Shown here piece by piece: positions 29,118 to 39,426 of a stretch of 64,000 bases of DNA; positions within the stretch are counted from its first letter, which is position 1, and every line of letters begins with the position of its first letter. The stretch is taken from assembly GCA_963796275.1 (NCBI GenBank), contig CAWCKY010000004.1:1024001-1088000 (forward strand), written 5' to 3'. The translations under genes were made by a program, and so were the position numbers. Origin of the DNA: an uncultured Acidobacteriota bacterium. Lineage in GTDB: Bacteria; Acidobacteriota; Blastocatellia; RBC074. The notes beneath the pieces are model-generated. The model was not told the DNA's origin, searched no databases, and was given only the letters and a program-made list of their open reading frames with translations.

Positions 29118-31625
29118 TTAAATCTCAATCTTAACCGGCTTCACTTTCCAGATTCGATTACTGTACTCACGAATAGACCGATCCGAAGAAAACCAGCCCA
29201 TCCTCGCCACATTCAAGATCGACTTGCGCGTCCAGTTATCCTGATCCAGGAAGGCTCGGCTCACATCGCCCTGGCGATCCACGTACGATAAATAATCCGC
29301 CAGCACCATGTATTCATCACGAGAAAGCAGCGAGTTGACGAGGGGTTTAAACAGATCCCTGTCCCCCCCGGAAAAATGTCCCAGCCCGATCAGATCGATC
29401 ACCTCGCGCAGGGTCGCGTTCGTCGTATAGTAGTCGCTCGGATTGTAGCCGCGCGTCTTCATATCCATTACCTCCTCAGCGGTCAAACCGAAAAGGAAGA
29501 AATTATCGGCTCCCACGGCGTCCCGGATCTCTATGTTCGCTCCATCGAGCGTGCCGATGGTCAGCCCGCCGTTCATGGCGAATTTCATATTGCCCGTGCC
29601 AGATGCCTCTTTGCCCGCCGTCGAAATCTGCTCGGATAGATCGGCACCCGGATAAATCTTTTGTCCGCTCTTGACGTTGAAGTCCGGCAAAAAGACCACC
29701 TTCAGTCGATCTCCGACAACCGGGTCTTTATTGATCACCTCCGCGACCGAGTTAATGAGTTTGATGATGAGTTTGGCCATGATATAGGCGGGCGCTGCCT
29801 TGCCGCCGAAGATCACAGTCCTCGGAGTGAGCTCCACCCCCGGATTATCCCTGATCCGGAGATAGAGCGTGACGACGTGCAGGACGTTCAGATGCTGGCG
29901 TTTGTATTCGTGGAGGCGCTTTACCTGCACATCGAAGAGCGATTGCGGATCGACGATGATTCCCGTGCGTTCTTTTATCAAGGCGGCGAGATTCAACTTG
30001 TTATCGCGCTTGACCCGCCGCCAATCTTCTTGAAAGCCAGCGTCTTCGGCGAATTTTTCGAGTCGCTGAAGTTCATCTTCAGTATTGCGAATCCAATTAT
30101 CACCTATCCGGCTTGTGATCAGATCAGTCAGCCCAGGATTGCTGAGCACAATCCAGCGGCGCGGCGTTACGCCGTTGGTGACGTTGTGGAATTTTTCAGG
30201 ATAAAGCTCATAAAAATCGCGCAAGACATCGCGCTTGAGTAGCTCCGTATGGAGCGTCGCAACTCCGTTGATGGCATGGCTGCCGAGGCTCGCGAGGTGA
30301 GCCATGCGGACGTATTTCTCTCCGGATTCATCGATCAATGAGAGGCGTTCGCGCCGCGCCTCGTCGCCCGGGAACTTCGCCATCGCTTCATCGAGAAAAC
30401 GCCGGTTGAGCTCGTAAATGATCTCGAGATGTCTGGGCAATAGACTTCCGAATAATGGGAGCGACCACTTCTCCAATGCTTCCGGAAGCAGCGTGTGGTT
30501 GGTGTACCCGAAAGTATTCTGAGTGATCTGCCACGCTTTCTCCCATTCCAACAGGTGATCGTCGATGAGCAACCGCATCAGCTCCGCAATCGCGATAGCA
30601 GGATGCGTATCGTTCAATTGAACGGCGAACCCTTCATGAAATTTATCCAGGCGAGCTCCCGATGAGAGATGAATATGCAACATATCCTGTAGCGAGCAGG
30701 AGGCGAAAAAGTATTCCTGTTCGAGACGAAGTTGCCTGCCCTGAATGAAACTGTCATTGGGATAGAGCACCTTGGTGATATTTTCCGAAAATATTTTGGC
30801 GTGGACGGCTCTGTAATAGTCTCCGGTATTGAAGGCGTCGAAATCAAACGATTCGACAGCTTCGGCCCTCCAGAGTCTGAGCAGGTTGGTCGTATTGACC
30901 TGGTAACCGAGGATGGGCGTGTCGTATGCGATTCCCTTGATAACTCCATTTGGAATCCAGCGAACGCAATAGCGCCCATCATCGTCCTGGTAATGTTCGA
31001 GTTCCCCGCCAAAATAGACTTTGTAATTGACCTCCGGCCGCGGAATCTCCCAGGGATTGCCCATCTGCAGCCATTTATCGGTCACCTCGACCTGCCAGCC
31101 ATCGCGAATCTCCTGATCGAATATGCCGAACTCATAACGAATTCCATAACCGATGGCCGGGATATCGAGCCTCGCAAGAGAATCGAGGTAGCAGGCTGCC
31201 AAACGCCCCAGACCTCCGTTGCCCAACCCCGGCTCTTCTTCCTGTTCGATAAGATGGCCGAACTCGAGCCCGAGTATCTCAACCGCCTCCCGCGCCTGAT
31301 CATAAATCCCGAGGTTGATCAGATTCTTACCGAGCTGCGGCCCTATCAAGAATTCCGCCGAAAGATAGCACACGGCGCGCGTATCGTGTTTCATCAAACA
31401 CGTGCGAACCGTCTTGATCCAACGGTCCAACATTCTGTCGCGCACCGTATGGGCGAGCGCCATATACCAATCGTTTCGCGTCGCGGACTCGGGGAGTTCG
31501 CCCTGAATATAGAGGAGGTTATCGACGATCGCACGAGCTAAAGTCTCGGGACTGAGACCCGTGCGGAGGTTTTCTTGCTCTTTTTGCAAAGAGACAGCTG
31601 TGACTTCGTTTTCTGTGAATTCCAT
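29118..31625 (-). CDS. glgP: Glycogen/starch/alpha-glucan phosphorylase
   Basis: GLGNGGLGRLAAC, QLNDTHP, YTNHTLLPEALE, KRLHEYKRQ, PLP site EASGTGNMKF. Start refined to MEFTENE (ORF track 31703). Confidence 0.97.
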   Translation of the reverse strand: MEFTENEVTAVSLQKEQENLRTGLSPETLARAIVDNLLYIQGELPESATRNDWYMALAHTVRDRMLDRWIKTVRTCLMKHDTRAVCYLSAEFLIGPQLGKNLINLGIYDQAREAVEILGLEFGHLIEQEEEPGLGNGGLGRLAACYLDSLARLDIPAIGYGIRYEFGIFDQEIRDGWQVEVTDKWLQMGNPWEIPRPEVNYKVYFGGELEHYQDDDGRYCVRWIPNGVIKGIAYDTPILGYQVNTTNLLRLWRAEAVESFDFDAFNTGDYYRAVHAKIFSENITKVLYPNDSFIQGRQLRLEQEYFFASCSLQDMLHIHLSSGARLDKFHEGFAVQLNDTHPAIAIAELMRLLIDDHLLEWEKAWQITQNTFGYTNHTLLPEALEKWSLPLFGSLLPRHLEIIYELNRRFLDEAMAKFPGDEARRERLSLIDESGEKYVRMAHLASLGSHAINGVATLHTELLKRDVLRDFYELYPEKFHNVTNGVTPRRWIVLSNPGLTDLITSRIGDNWIRNTEDELQRLEKFAEDAGFQEDWRRVKRDNKLNLAALIKERTGIIVDPQSLFDVQVKRLHEYKRQHLNVLHVVTLYLRIRDNPGVELTPRTVIFGGKAAPAYIMAKLIIKLINSVAEVINKDPVVGDRLKVVFLPDFNVKSGQKIYPGADLSEQISTAGKEASGTGNMKFAMNGGLTIGTLDGANIEIRDAVGADNFFLFGLTAEEVMDMKTRGYNPSDYYTTNATLREVIDLIGLGHFSGGDRDLFKPLVNSLLSRDEYMVLADYLSYVDRQGDVSRAFLDQDNWTRKSILNVARMGWFSSDRSIREYSNRIWKVKPVKIEI

Positions 31626-31723
31626 CTCACCCTCATATAAAAGAGTTCGTGGTCTGGAGTCCGAAATACATAGCTTTAATTCTGCTCCGGAGTCTGTAGT
31701 CAAGACAAATTCTGGACTATTTC

Positions 31724-32479
31724 TCAGTCTTTACGTTTTAACTGCCCGGCAACAGCTTCGGTGGCGCGACGGATAGCGTCAGGATCACCCAGATAGAAAT
31801 GATTGAGCGGTTTGAGCTGATCATCGAGTTCGTAAACGAGCGGAATGCCCGTTGGGATGTTGAGTTCTACGATATCGTTATCTGAGATGTTATCGAGGTA
31901 CTTCACCAGAGCCCGGAGACTGTTGCCATGAGCTGCGATCAGCACGCGTTGGCCGGCAGAAACCGCCGGCGCGATTGTCTCGTGCCAATAAGGTAAAAAT
32001 CGTGCGACCGTATCTTTCAAGCACTCGGTCAACGGCAACTCGGCGGGCGTGAGCGATGCGTAACGCGGATCTTTCCCCGGATAACGCGGATCATCGGATC
32101 TGAGAGGCGGTGGAGGAATATCATAGCTCCGCCGCCAGATCTGTGTTTGTTCCAGCCCGTGCCGTTCGGCGGTCTCGGCTTTATTCAAGCCCTGTAGCGC
32201 ACCGTAGTGGCGTTCGTTCAATCGCCAGCTATTATGGATGGGGATCCACATTAAATCCATTTCTTCGAGCGCAAGCCACAATGTCTTGATCGCGCGTTTT
32301 AGCACCGAAGTATATGCGACATCGAAGGCGTAGCCTTTTTCGCGCATCTGGCGGCCGGCCTCAACGGCCTCATTCACCCCCTTCTCGCTCAGCCCGACGT
32401 CCGTCCATCCGGTGAAGCGGTTTTCTCTATTCCAGTCACTCTCGCCGTGGCGAAGCAATACCAATCGTTTCATTCTCAT
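31724..32479 (-). CDS. gpmA: 2,3-bisphosphoglycerate-dependent phosphoglycerate mutase
   Basis: [47 protein letters not shown]. Confidence 0.98.
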   Translation of the reverse strand: MRMKRLVLLRHGESDWNRENRFTGWTDVGLSEKGVNEAVEAGRQMREKGYAFDVAYTSVLKRAIKTLWLALEEMDLMWIPIHNSWRLNERHYGALQGLNKAETAERHGLEQTQIWRRSYDIPPPPLRSDDPRYPGKDPRYASLTPAELPLTECLKDTVARFLPYWHETIAPAVSAGQRVLIAAHGNSLRALVKYLDNISDNDIVELNIPTGIPLVYELDDQLKPLNHFYLGDPDAIRRATEAVAGQLKRKD

Positions 32480-32489
32480 TTCTCCTGGA

Positions 32490-32564
32490 GCGCGCGCGGC
32501 CTCGCACGCCTGCTCGTTTTAAATAGACCCGGGCTCAAAACCCAACGCGCGAGGCCGCGCGCGC
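32490..32564. repeat. GC-rich 16-bp perfect inverted repeat (REP-like doublet)
   Basis: GCGCGCGCGGCCTCGC (32490-32505) / GCGAGGCCGCGCGCGC (32549-32564). Confidence 0.7.
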
Positions 32565-32569
32565 CGGGA

Positions 32570-33694
32570 TCAATGACGCTCTTCTTCTCTGACTACTGAC
32601 CACCCATCATTGACAATTTTTTTACCCTCATGATTCTCGATCTTCATCTCGCGCAGCTCTTCCCTGATCAGACTGAACAATGCCTGAGCAATGGCCACAA
32701 TCACGGGGCCGATGAAAAGCCCCAGAATGCCGAAAGCCTGAACGCCGCCCAAGAGCGAAAAAAATATGTACAGGGGATGAAATTTAACATGCCCGCTGAT
32801 CACATATGGTCTGATCACATTATCGGCCATCCCGACGACGCCCGCGCCCCAACCGAGCAAAAACAGGCCTTTTACCCAATTTCCGCTCAAGATCAAAAAT
32901 ATCGAGGCCGGCAGCCACACAATACTCGATCCGATGAAGGGGACGAATGAAAATATGGCAGCCGCAATCCCCCATAAGATCGGCGAAGCGAGCCCGAGCG
33001 CCCAGAACGCTAACCCGGTCAATATACCCTGAGCCGTCGCGACCGCCAAACCGCCATACATGCTTGCAGTTATGGTCTTCCCCACCTCACCGGTCAACTT
33101 CTCGATCTGCGCGGGGCGCAGCGGGGTCATCACCGACATCCGCCGCAGGACGCGCCGTCCGTCGCGAAATAGAAAGAATAGAGTGAAAAAGGCGAGGACG
33201 CCATTGACGAGAAATGAAACCAGGTTGCCGGCCGCACCAGTCAACTGTTTGAGCAGAAAAGAGCTCACCTGCTCCAGCCATTTCAGCAGCTCACCACGAA
33301 GATCGTATTGCGAGACATCGACATATCGTCCGACCCATTCCTTCATCCAGTCACTCAATTGCAGCAGGTAAGGGACCCAGCCGCCACTCTGCGCGGTTCG
33401 CAAACTGAGCGACTGGTAAGCATCGGTCAGTTCGCTCCTGATCGCAGTTCCGAGAAGAACGGTCGGGGCGATGATCACGAGCAGTACAAGCAGAGTCGAA
33501 AGCAGGGCCGCCAGATTTTGATTCCGGATATCCTTCTGTATCCGCGCATGAAATGGAAAGAAGACGATGGCAAAGACAATGGCGATAAAGACTGGTTTGA
33601 GGAACGGTTCCGCTATTAGATACAAGAACCAACAAGTAATTGCACCGAGCACCGTCAGGAAAATAAGTCTGGATCTCTGATGGTTTAAAAACAT
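32570..33694 (-). CDS. AI-2E family transporter
   Basis: Multi-TM protein. FFLFRDG, AQGILTG, SFVPFIGS, DNVIRP, HPLYIFFSLLGG..FG..GLFIGP. Confidence 0.92.
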   Translation of the reverse strand: MFLNHQRSRLIFLTVLGAITCWFLYLIAEPFLKPVFIAIVFAIVFFPFHARIQKDIRNQNLAALLSTLLVLLVIIAPTVLLGTAIRSELTDAYQSLSLRTAQSGGWVPYLLQLSDWMKEWVGRYVDVSQYDLRGELLKWLEQVSSFLLKQLTGAAGNLVSFLVNGVLAFFTLFFLFRDGRRVLRRMSVMTPLRPAQIEKLTGEVGKTITASMYGGLAVATAQGILTGLAFWALGLASPILWGIAAAIFSFVPFIGSSIVWLPASIFLILSGNWVKGLFLLGWGAGVVGMADNVIRPYVISGHVKFHPLYIFFSLLGGVQAFGILGLFIGPVIVAIAQALFSLIREELREMKIENHEGKKIVNDGWSVVREEERH

Positions 33695-33814
33695 TGTTCT
33701 ACCGCCAAAACTAAATGTAAGATGGGGTTACCCGAATGATGATAAATCATAAATGGGGCGAAGAGGTAATAGATTGATAGAATCTGTCCGATATACACGA
33801 AAGGTGGAGCCGAG

Positions 33815-34225
33815 ATGACTGAGAAATTAAAAGGAAGCGCACGAGTATTTCTGAGTATCACAGCATTGCTTTTCCTCCTATCCGATACCACGCGAACCGG
33901 CGATCTACAACAAGACTTGAATTTCCGCATGATGAATCTCGAACGCCGTTTCGATCAGTTACAAATACGCGTGAATTTTATTGAACGGACGGTACAAACT
34001 CAGTCCCTCAATAAACCGAACGATTCGACCGCGGTTGTTCTTGATTTGCAGCGGAAGCAGATATCGCTGACCGAACAGATAGTGCTGCTCGAGAAGCGAA
34101 TGTTTGAGATGCAAAAAACTATCGATCAGATGCGCGCGGCTGCTCAGGAAAAGAAGGAGTCCGGGGAGACCAGCGATACGCCGAAGAGCGAGCCTAAGCC
34201 GAAATCTCCACCAAGAAAACAATAG
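33815..34225 (+). CDS. Hypothetical exported coiled-coil protein
   Basis: GGTGGAG RBS, hydrophobic N-terminal segment, heptad pattern, Pro/Lys-rich tail. Confidence 0.7.
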   Translation: MTEKLKGSARVFLSITALLFLLSDTTRTGDLQQDLNFRMMNLERRFDQLQIRVNFIERTVQTQSLNKPNDSTAVVLDLQRKQISLTEQIVLLEKRMFEMQKTIDQMRAAAQEKKESGETSDTPKSEPKPKSPPRKQ

Positions 34226-34319
34226 CGAAAATTGAGCGAAAAAAAACACAACCGTCAGTATAGCGGCTTCGAAGCTATTTTTCTGGCATCCGTCTATATA
34301 ATCTTTTTTCCGTCAAAAC

Positions 34320-35496
34320 CTATATCTCGATTCGCGCGATGAGCAGATTGATCGCTTCACGTAAGATCTCCGGCTCCGGCAGCAGGCTAACAATCAAATA
34401 CGCCTCACGCGAAAAGTCGAAGAAATAGCCCGGGTGCGCTAGTACGTTATCTCGCTCGAGCAAGCCCAGGACCCATTCCTCTTCCGGCACATACCGCGGG
34501 ATCTCGAGCGCCGCATACCATCCTCCTTCAACCGTCAACAAACGACAACCCGATTCAATCTTCCGAAGAGATTCGATGTTTCCGCTTAGCCGTTCGCGTA
34601 ACGCTCCTTGTATTTCAGACCGCAATTGCAGCCAGGCGGGTGCGGCATGCTGCACCGGCGCACCGGCAGAAAGATAAGTATCCGCGATCAGATCCAGACG
34701 ATCTATCGCTTCATTGCGCAAGGCAGCCGGCCCCGCTGTTACGACCCAGCCGAGCTTCATCTGTGGCAATGCCAGGATTTTGGAAAACCCGCTCAAAACG
34801 AAAGTCAGCACCTGATTGTTCGAGACCAGCGATGGCGCGCGCCTCTCGTCCGCGCCAAAAAAATAATCGCCGAAAACTTCATCGCAGATCAATGCAAGGC
34901 CGTGGCGCGAGCAGATATCGTTCAACTTGTTGAGCTCGGTTTTCTTGATGAATGAGCCGGTCGGGTTATTCGGGCTGACTAAGATGACGGCGCGTGTGGT
35001 TTTATCGATCGCCTTTTCCAGCGAGTCAAAATCTATCTCCCAACCCATCGGATGAAGATAATTCAACTGATAAGGCCGTAACTCGACGCCATCCAAAGAG
35101 GCGAGGAATTCAAACAAGGGATAGCTTGGCTGCGGCGCCAGCACCGATTGACCATGATCGGTGAGTAATTTGAAGAGGTAGGAATAACCCTCGCTCGTAC
35201 TCGACGTGAGATGAAGGTGGGCTGGATCAACCTCGATATCCGCGTTCACGATAATAATCAGCGACGGCTCCGCGGGCGACCGGAAGACCGCGTGGATACG
35301 GTTCATAAACGATCGTCTCGAGGCGTCCCAGATTTTTCAATATGGCATCAGCTGGAAACCTCAACCCCACACGCGTCGGATTGGATTCGGTCAAATCGAG
35401 CACGCGCGCCTTCATACTGCGCTTCTCTTCAAGCAGCAGCGCCAGGCGATTGGAATCCAGGCTCCATTTAAGACGCGTCGAGAATCGATAACCCAT
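34320..35496 (-). CDS. PLP-dependent aminotransferase class I/II; one +1 frameshift near 35238
   Basis: DLTESNPT...YEPYPRGL (ORF 35227..35496) joins [36 protein letters not shown]...KLGW. Confidence 0.9.
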
Positions 35497-35737
35497 AATC
35501 GATATCTTATGGGTATTTGCGAAAACTAGCCATAGATTAACCGAGGGAGGCAGGGAGATCAGGGGATAACGGGATCAGGAGAACTAAATCCCGTTACCAT
35601 GACTAAATCTGACATCATCAAATTGGTATGAGCCTTGAGCCTCAAAATTCACACAACCAGACGAACATCAGATGACCATGTTGTCCCCTGTCTGCCTTCA
35701 GCGTCTCAGGGCCAGATGGGCCACCATGACTAAGTTT

Positions 35738-38509
35738 CTATTTCGCCTCTGTTCTCGACTTCGCGAAATCGCCGGCCTTGATGATCGAAAGTTTTGTAGG
35801 ATCGAGGTACTTGCGCATCGCAGAGGTTATCTGTTCGGCGGTCAGGGCCTCGATCTTCTTCTCGAACCCGGCGTCCCATTCAAAAGTTCGGTTCAGATTA
35901 ACTAAAGCGCGCAGCCTTCCCGCCAACTCTTTATCCTGCGAGCGCGTGACCTGGCGCAATTGTAACAACCCGCTCTTGGCGGTCTTGATCTCTTCCTCGG
36001 TGAAACCGTCTTTCAGAGCTCGCGATATCTCTTCCTTGAACGCAGCCTCGATCTTCGCGGCATTCTGCGGGGCATAGATCGCGTAGCCTGAGAAAGACCC
36101 GCTCTTATCGAACGAGCTCACCTGCAATTGCGATCCGACGCGGTAACTCAGGCCCTCGCTCTGGCGGACACGCGTGGCGAGCCGCGAGTTCAAAAAACCG
36201 CCCCCGAGCATGTAGTTGCCCAGCACCAGGGCCGGATAGTCGGGATCATCATCCCGCATGTTGAGGTTTATCGCGGCGACGAAATAGGCATTGGCTTTAT
36301 CAGGAGTCTCGAGCGCCTGATTCCGTATCGCAACATCTTTGTAGCTGTCGGGGATACGTTTATACGGCCGCTGGCTCTTCCAATTGCCGAAGAGCTCGGC
36401 CGCCAGTTTTGTTATCTCCTTATCATCGAAGTCTCCTACCACCGCCAATTCGCCGTTCTGCGCACCATAAAATTCACTGTGAAACTTCTTCACATCGTTG
36501 AGCTCCGCGCCCTTTATCTCAGCAATCGTTTCATCGATGGTGAAAACGTATTTAGGGTGACCCTTGGGATATGGCTTAGTGTGACGCTGCATCGCGATGG
36601 ATGCCACAACTGCCGGCTCGCTGCGCTGGATTTCAATTCCGGCGATCTGCTCCTGTTTGAGCTGCTCGAATTCATTGGCTGGGAAAGAAGGCTCGCGCAG
36701 AAGTTCCGCCACGAGCTTCAGGACGGCCGGCAGGCTATCGCGTACTGTCTCGATCGTGACATCGACCGAATTCTCTCCTCCAATAAAGCTGACTTGCGCT
36801 TTGAGTTTGTTAAATTCGTCCTTGATCTGCTGACGGGAGCGCTTGGCCGTTCCGCGATCGAGCATGAAAGCGGAAAGCTGGACGGCCGCGGCCTGGTTCA
36901 TCAAGCTCTTCTCATCGCCCATCTCCAGAGTAAGGTTTGCGACCACGGTGGCCTTATACGTCTTTTTGGGGAGGAGAGCGAGTTTCAAACCGCCTGTCGT
37001 GGAGCTGCGGAGCGTCCGCGCATCGACATTGGCCGGTGAGGGATCGAAATTTTCTCCCGCCCCCACTGTCGCATCGCCTTTATAGTCCTTAACCATAGCA
37101 ATTACGTCCGGCGCAGGAGGGATTTCGGCTCTATCCGGTTTCTGCGTAGGAATAAAATAGCCTAAAGTCCGATTTGTTTGTTTGAGATAGGATACGGCCA
37201 CCCGCTGCACTTCCTCGGACGTCACAGCACGCAGACGATCGCGATGGATGAAGAGCAACCGCCAATCGCCCATTGCTATCCACTCGCTCAACTGGAGTCC
37301 AATTGTCTCCGACGAGTTCAGAGTGAGCTCGATCTGTTTCAGCAGGTCAACGCGAGCTCGTTCGACCTCTTCTTTCGTCACGGGATTTTTAGCGATATCT
37401 TCGGTAACCTGCAGCATCGTATCCCGTGCCGCCTCGAGCGACTGGTCCTGGGTAAGCGCCGCGCCGACCAGAAGCAATCCCGGATCACCAAGTTGGAATG
37501 TCAGGTTATAGACAATGCTCGCCTTCTTCCCTTCAACTAGCGCTTTGTGTAACCGCCCCGAGGGAGAATCGCCAAGGATTTGGGATATGACAGTAGCGGC
37601 AGAAGAATCCGGATGCGCACCCGACGGAATGTGGTAGACCGCACCGACGAATTGCGCATCGCCAACGCGCCGCACTGTAACCATTCGTTCACCATCCTGA
37701 ACCGGTTCCGCCGTATAAATCTTCGGCAATTCACGTGATGGCTTGGGAATTTTACCGAAGTACTCATTAACCAATCCGATAGTCTTCGATTCATCAATCC
37801 TTCCGGTCAGAAGCAGGACGGCATTATCCGGCTGATAATATTTTTTATAGAATGCCTGCAGGCGATCGATTGGCACATTCTCGAGATCGGATCTCTCGCC
37901 TATCACGACCTTCCCGTAGTTATGCCAGAGATAAGCTGTGGAAAAGATGCGAAATCCCAATACGCGATCCGGTTCGTTATCGGCCTTCTCCAATTCATTG
38001 CGCACGACCGTCATCTCGCTATCGAGATCTTTTTTGGCAATAAAAGAGTTGATCATCCGATCGGCCTCGAGATCGAGCGCCCATCGAAGATTTTCGTCGG
38101 TTGCGGCGAAGGTCTCGAAGTAATTGGTCCGGTCCCACGATGTCGACCCGTTCGGCCGGGTGCCGTGCGCCGTCAGTTCCTGAGGAATGTTCGGATGCGA
38201 TGGCGTGCCTTTGAAGACCAGATGCTCGAGCAGGTGCGCCATCCCCGTCTCGCCATAGTTTTCATGTTTGGAACCGACAAGATAGGTAACATTGACCGTG
38301 ATCGTCTGCTTCGTCGGGTCGGGGAACAGCAGGACTCGCAGTCCGTTGGATAGTTTATATTCAGTAATTCCCTCGACCGTTGTAACGCGCTCGACGCCTT
38401 TCGGTGTGGCCGGCACGTTCTGAGCAAATATCAATACGCCTGACGCAGCCCATATGACTGCACCAAATATCGCCGCACAAAGTATCATTACTTTCATTCT
38501 TATATTCAT
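35738..38509 (-). CDS. M16-family (pitrilysin/PqqL-like) zinc peptidase, exported
   Basis: Inverted zinc motif HLLEH, LSNGLRVLL, VVRNE, YYQPDNA, duplicated M16 halves. Signal peptide after a GGAGGAG RBS (ORF track starts at 38578). Confidence 0.95.
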   Translation of the reverse strand: MNIRMKVMILCAAIFGAVIWAASGVLIFAQNVPATPKGVERVTTVEGITEYKLSNGLRVLLFPDPTKQTITVNVTYLVGSKHENYGETGMAHLLEHLVFKGTPSHPNIPQELTAHGTRPNGSTSWDRTNYFETFAATDENLRWALDLEADRMINSFIAKKDLDSEMTVVRNELEKADNEPDRVLGFRIFSTAYLWHNYGKVVIGERSDLENVPIDRLQAFYKKYYQPDNAVLLLTGRIDESKTIGLVNEYFGKIPKPSRELPKIYTAEPVQDGERMVTVRRVGDAQFVGAVYHIPSGAHPDSSAATVISQILGDSPSGRLHKALVEGKKASIVYNLTFQLGDPGLLLVGAALTQDQSLEAARDTMLQVTEDIAKNPVTKEEVERARVDLLKQIELTLNSSETIGLQLSEWIAMGDWRLLFIHRDRLRAVTSEEVQRVAVSYLKQTNRTLGYFIPTQKPDRAEIPPAPDVIAMVKDYKGDATVGAGENFDPSPANVDARTLRSSTTGGLKLALLPKKTYKATVVANLTLEMGDEKSLMNQAAAVQLSAFMLDRGTAKRSRQQIKDEFNKLKAQVSFIGGENSVDVTIETVRDSLPAVLKLVAELLREPSFPANEFEQLKQEQIAGIEIQRSEPAVVASIAMQRHTKPYPKGHPKYVFTIDETIAEIKGAELNDVKKFHSEFYGAQNGELAVVGDFDDKEITKLAAELFGNWKSQRPYKRIPDSYKDVAIRNQALETPDKANAYFVAAINLNMRDDDPDYPALVLGNYMLGGGFLNSRLATRVRQSEGLSYRVGSQLQVSSFDKSGSFSGYAIYAPQNAAKIEAAFKEEISRALKDGFTEEEIKTAKSGLLQLRQVTRSQDKELAGRLRALVNLNRTFEWDAGFEKKIEALTAEQITSAMRKYLDPTKLSIIKAGDFAKSRTEAK

Positions 38510-38652
38510 CAATCTCCTCCAAAATATGCTGAGTATATTTGCCAGGGTAGAATAGGAATAAAAATTAGGGGTGTGCAAGATTCATTGAATCAACGATTCA
38601 ACCAGTAAATTTCGGGGGCGAAGTAATAGATAGGCTTTATAAATTAAAAATT

Positions 38653-38702
38653 TGGCATCGCTCATTTTTCACAGATTGAACAGTTAAAAATGAGCGATGC
38701 CA
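38653..38702 (-). terminator. 17-bp perfect hairpin, probable terminator of 38778..39170
   Basis: TGGCATCGCTCATTTTT / AAAAATGAGCGATGCCA, followed on the minus strand by AATTTTTAATTT. Confidence 0.65.
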
Positions 38703-38777
38703 CATAAATCATACGTTAAGATCCCAAGTCCCTGATCCTTGACGTATGGCAGTCAGGCAAACAGGCTGTAGCCAAAT

Positions 38778-39170
38778 TTATTCCCCAATAAACACTTCAC
38801 ACTTCTCTAAAATGTATTGCGATGAGATCTCCCTCAGTCTGTCATCGACCTCCGGGGAGAGTTGCACTTTGATCGTTCCGTCCTCTCCTACTCTCAATCC
38901 TGGGCGCTCGCTGTTTTTATCTTCGTTTTGCGCCACTGCATACTTCACATCAGGCGCGTTTTGTTCCAGCCATCCATTGAATTCGGGATGCAGCAGGTCG
39001 AGACCGTATTGCTGCCACAAGAGCGCCATCATCACAGTGTTCGAGGAGACCGTCTTGCCCTCATATCCGGCAGGCATTTCCACCATCACGGGAAACTGGT
39101 CGATCATTGAAACTGATGTATTCCGCTCTTTACGCCCGAAAATATTGATGTTCTGAAACATTGTAATCAT
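38778..39170 (-). CDS. Hypothetical protein, paralog B of 9572..9991
   Basis: About 45-50% identical to paralog A by hand alignment. GAGAGGG RBS before MITMFQN. Confidence 0.85.
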   Translation of the reverse strand: MITMFQNINIFGRKERNTSVSMIDQFPVMVEMPAGYEGKTVSSNTVMMALLWQQYGLDLLHPEFNGWLEQNAPDVKYAVAQNEDKNSERPGLRVGEDGTIKVQLSPEVDDRLREISSQYILEKCEVFIGE

Positions 39171-39243
39171 CCCTCTCAAATTGATTGTTGAAGCTCTTTT
39201 AGGGGGGGCATTTTGATCTCAATCAATTTCGCTTCTCGATTTA

Positions 39244-39272
39244 AGGTGCGTGAATTGGCTGAATATGTCGCG
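39244..39272 (-). promoter_or_regulatory. Conserved bipartite upstream motif (candidate ECF-sigma promoter), copy 2
   Basis: Minus strand CGCGACATATTC-agccaa-TTCACGCACCT. Confidence 0.6.
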
Positions 39273-39426
39273 GGGGATTTGGCGTGATTTATCCAAAGCA
39301 CACACAAATACACATAAAACAAGATACATAAGAAGATTTTAGGTACTTTGTATTATGAATCTTGCGCGTATATCTACTTATTCAATTATTTCTCAATTAC
39401 TATTCACTAAAAGGTAAGAGCTTCTA

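Noticed and set aside
36128-37039. Long antisense ORFs (also 30732..31541, 19641..20513, 53617..54423 and others)
   Set aside because: They lie opposite well-supported genes and are expected from codon bias in GC-rich DNA.
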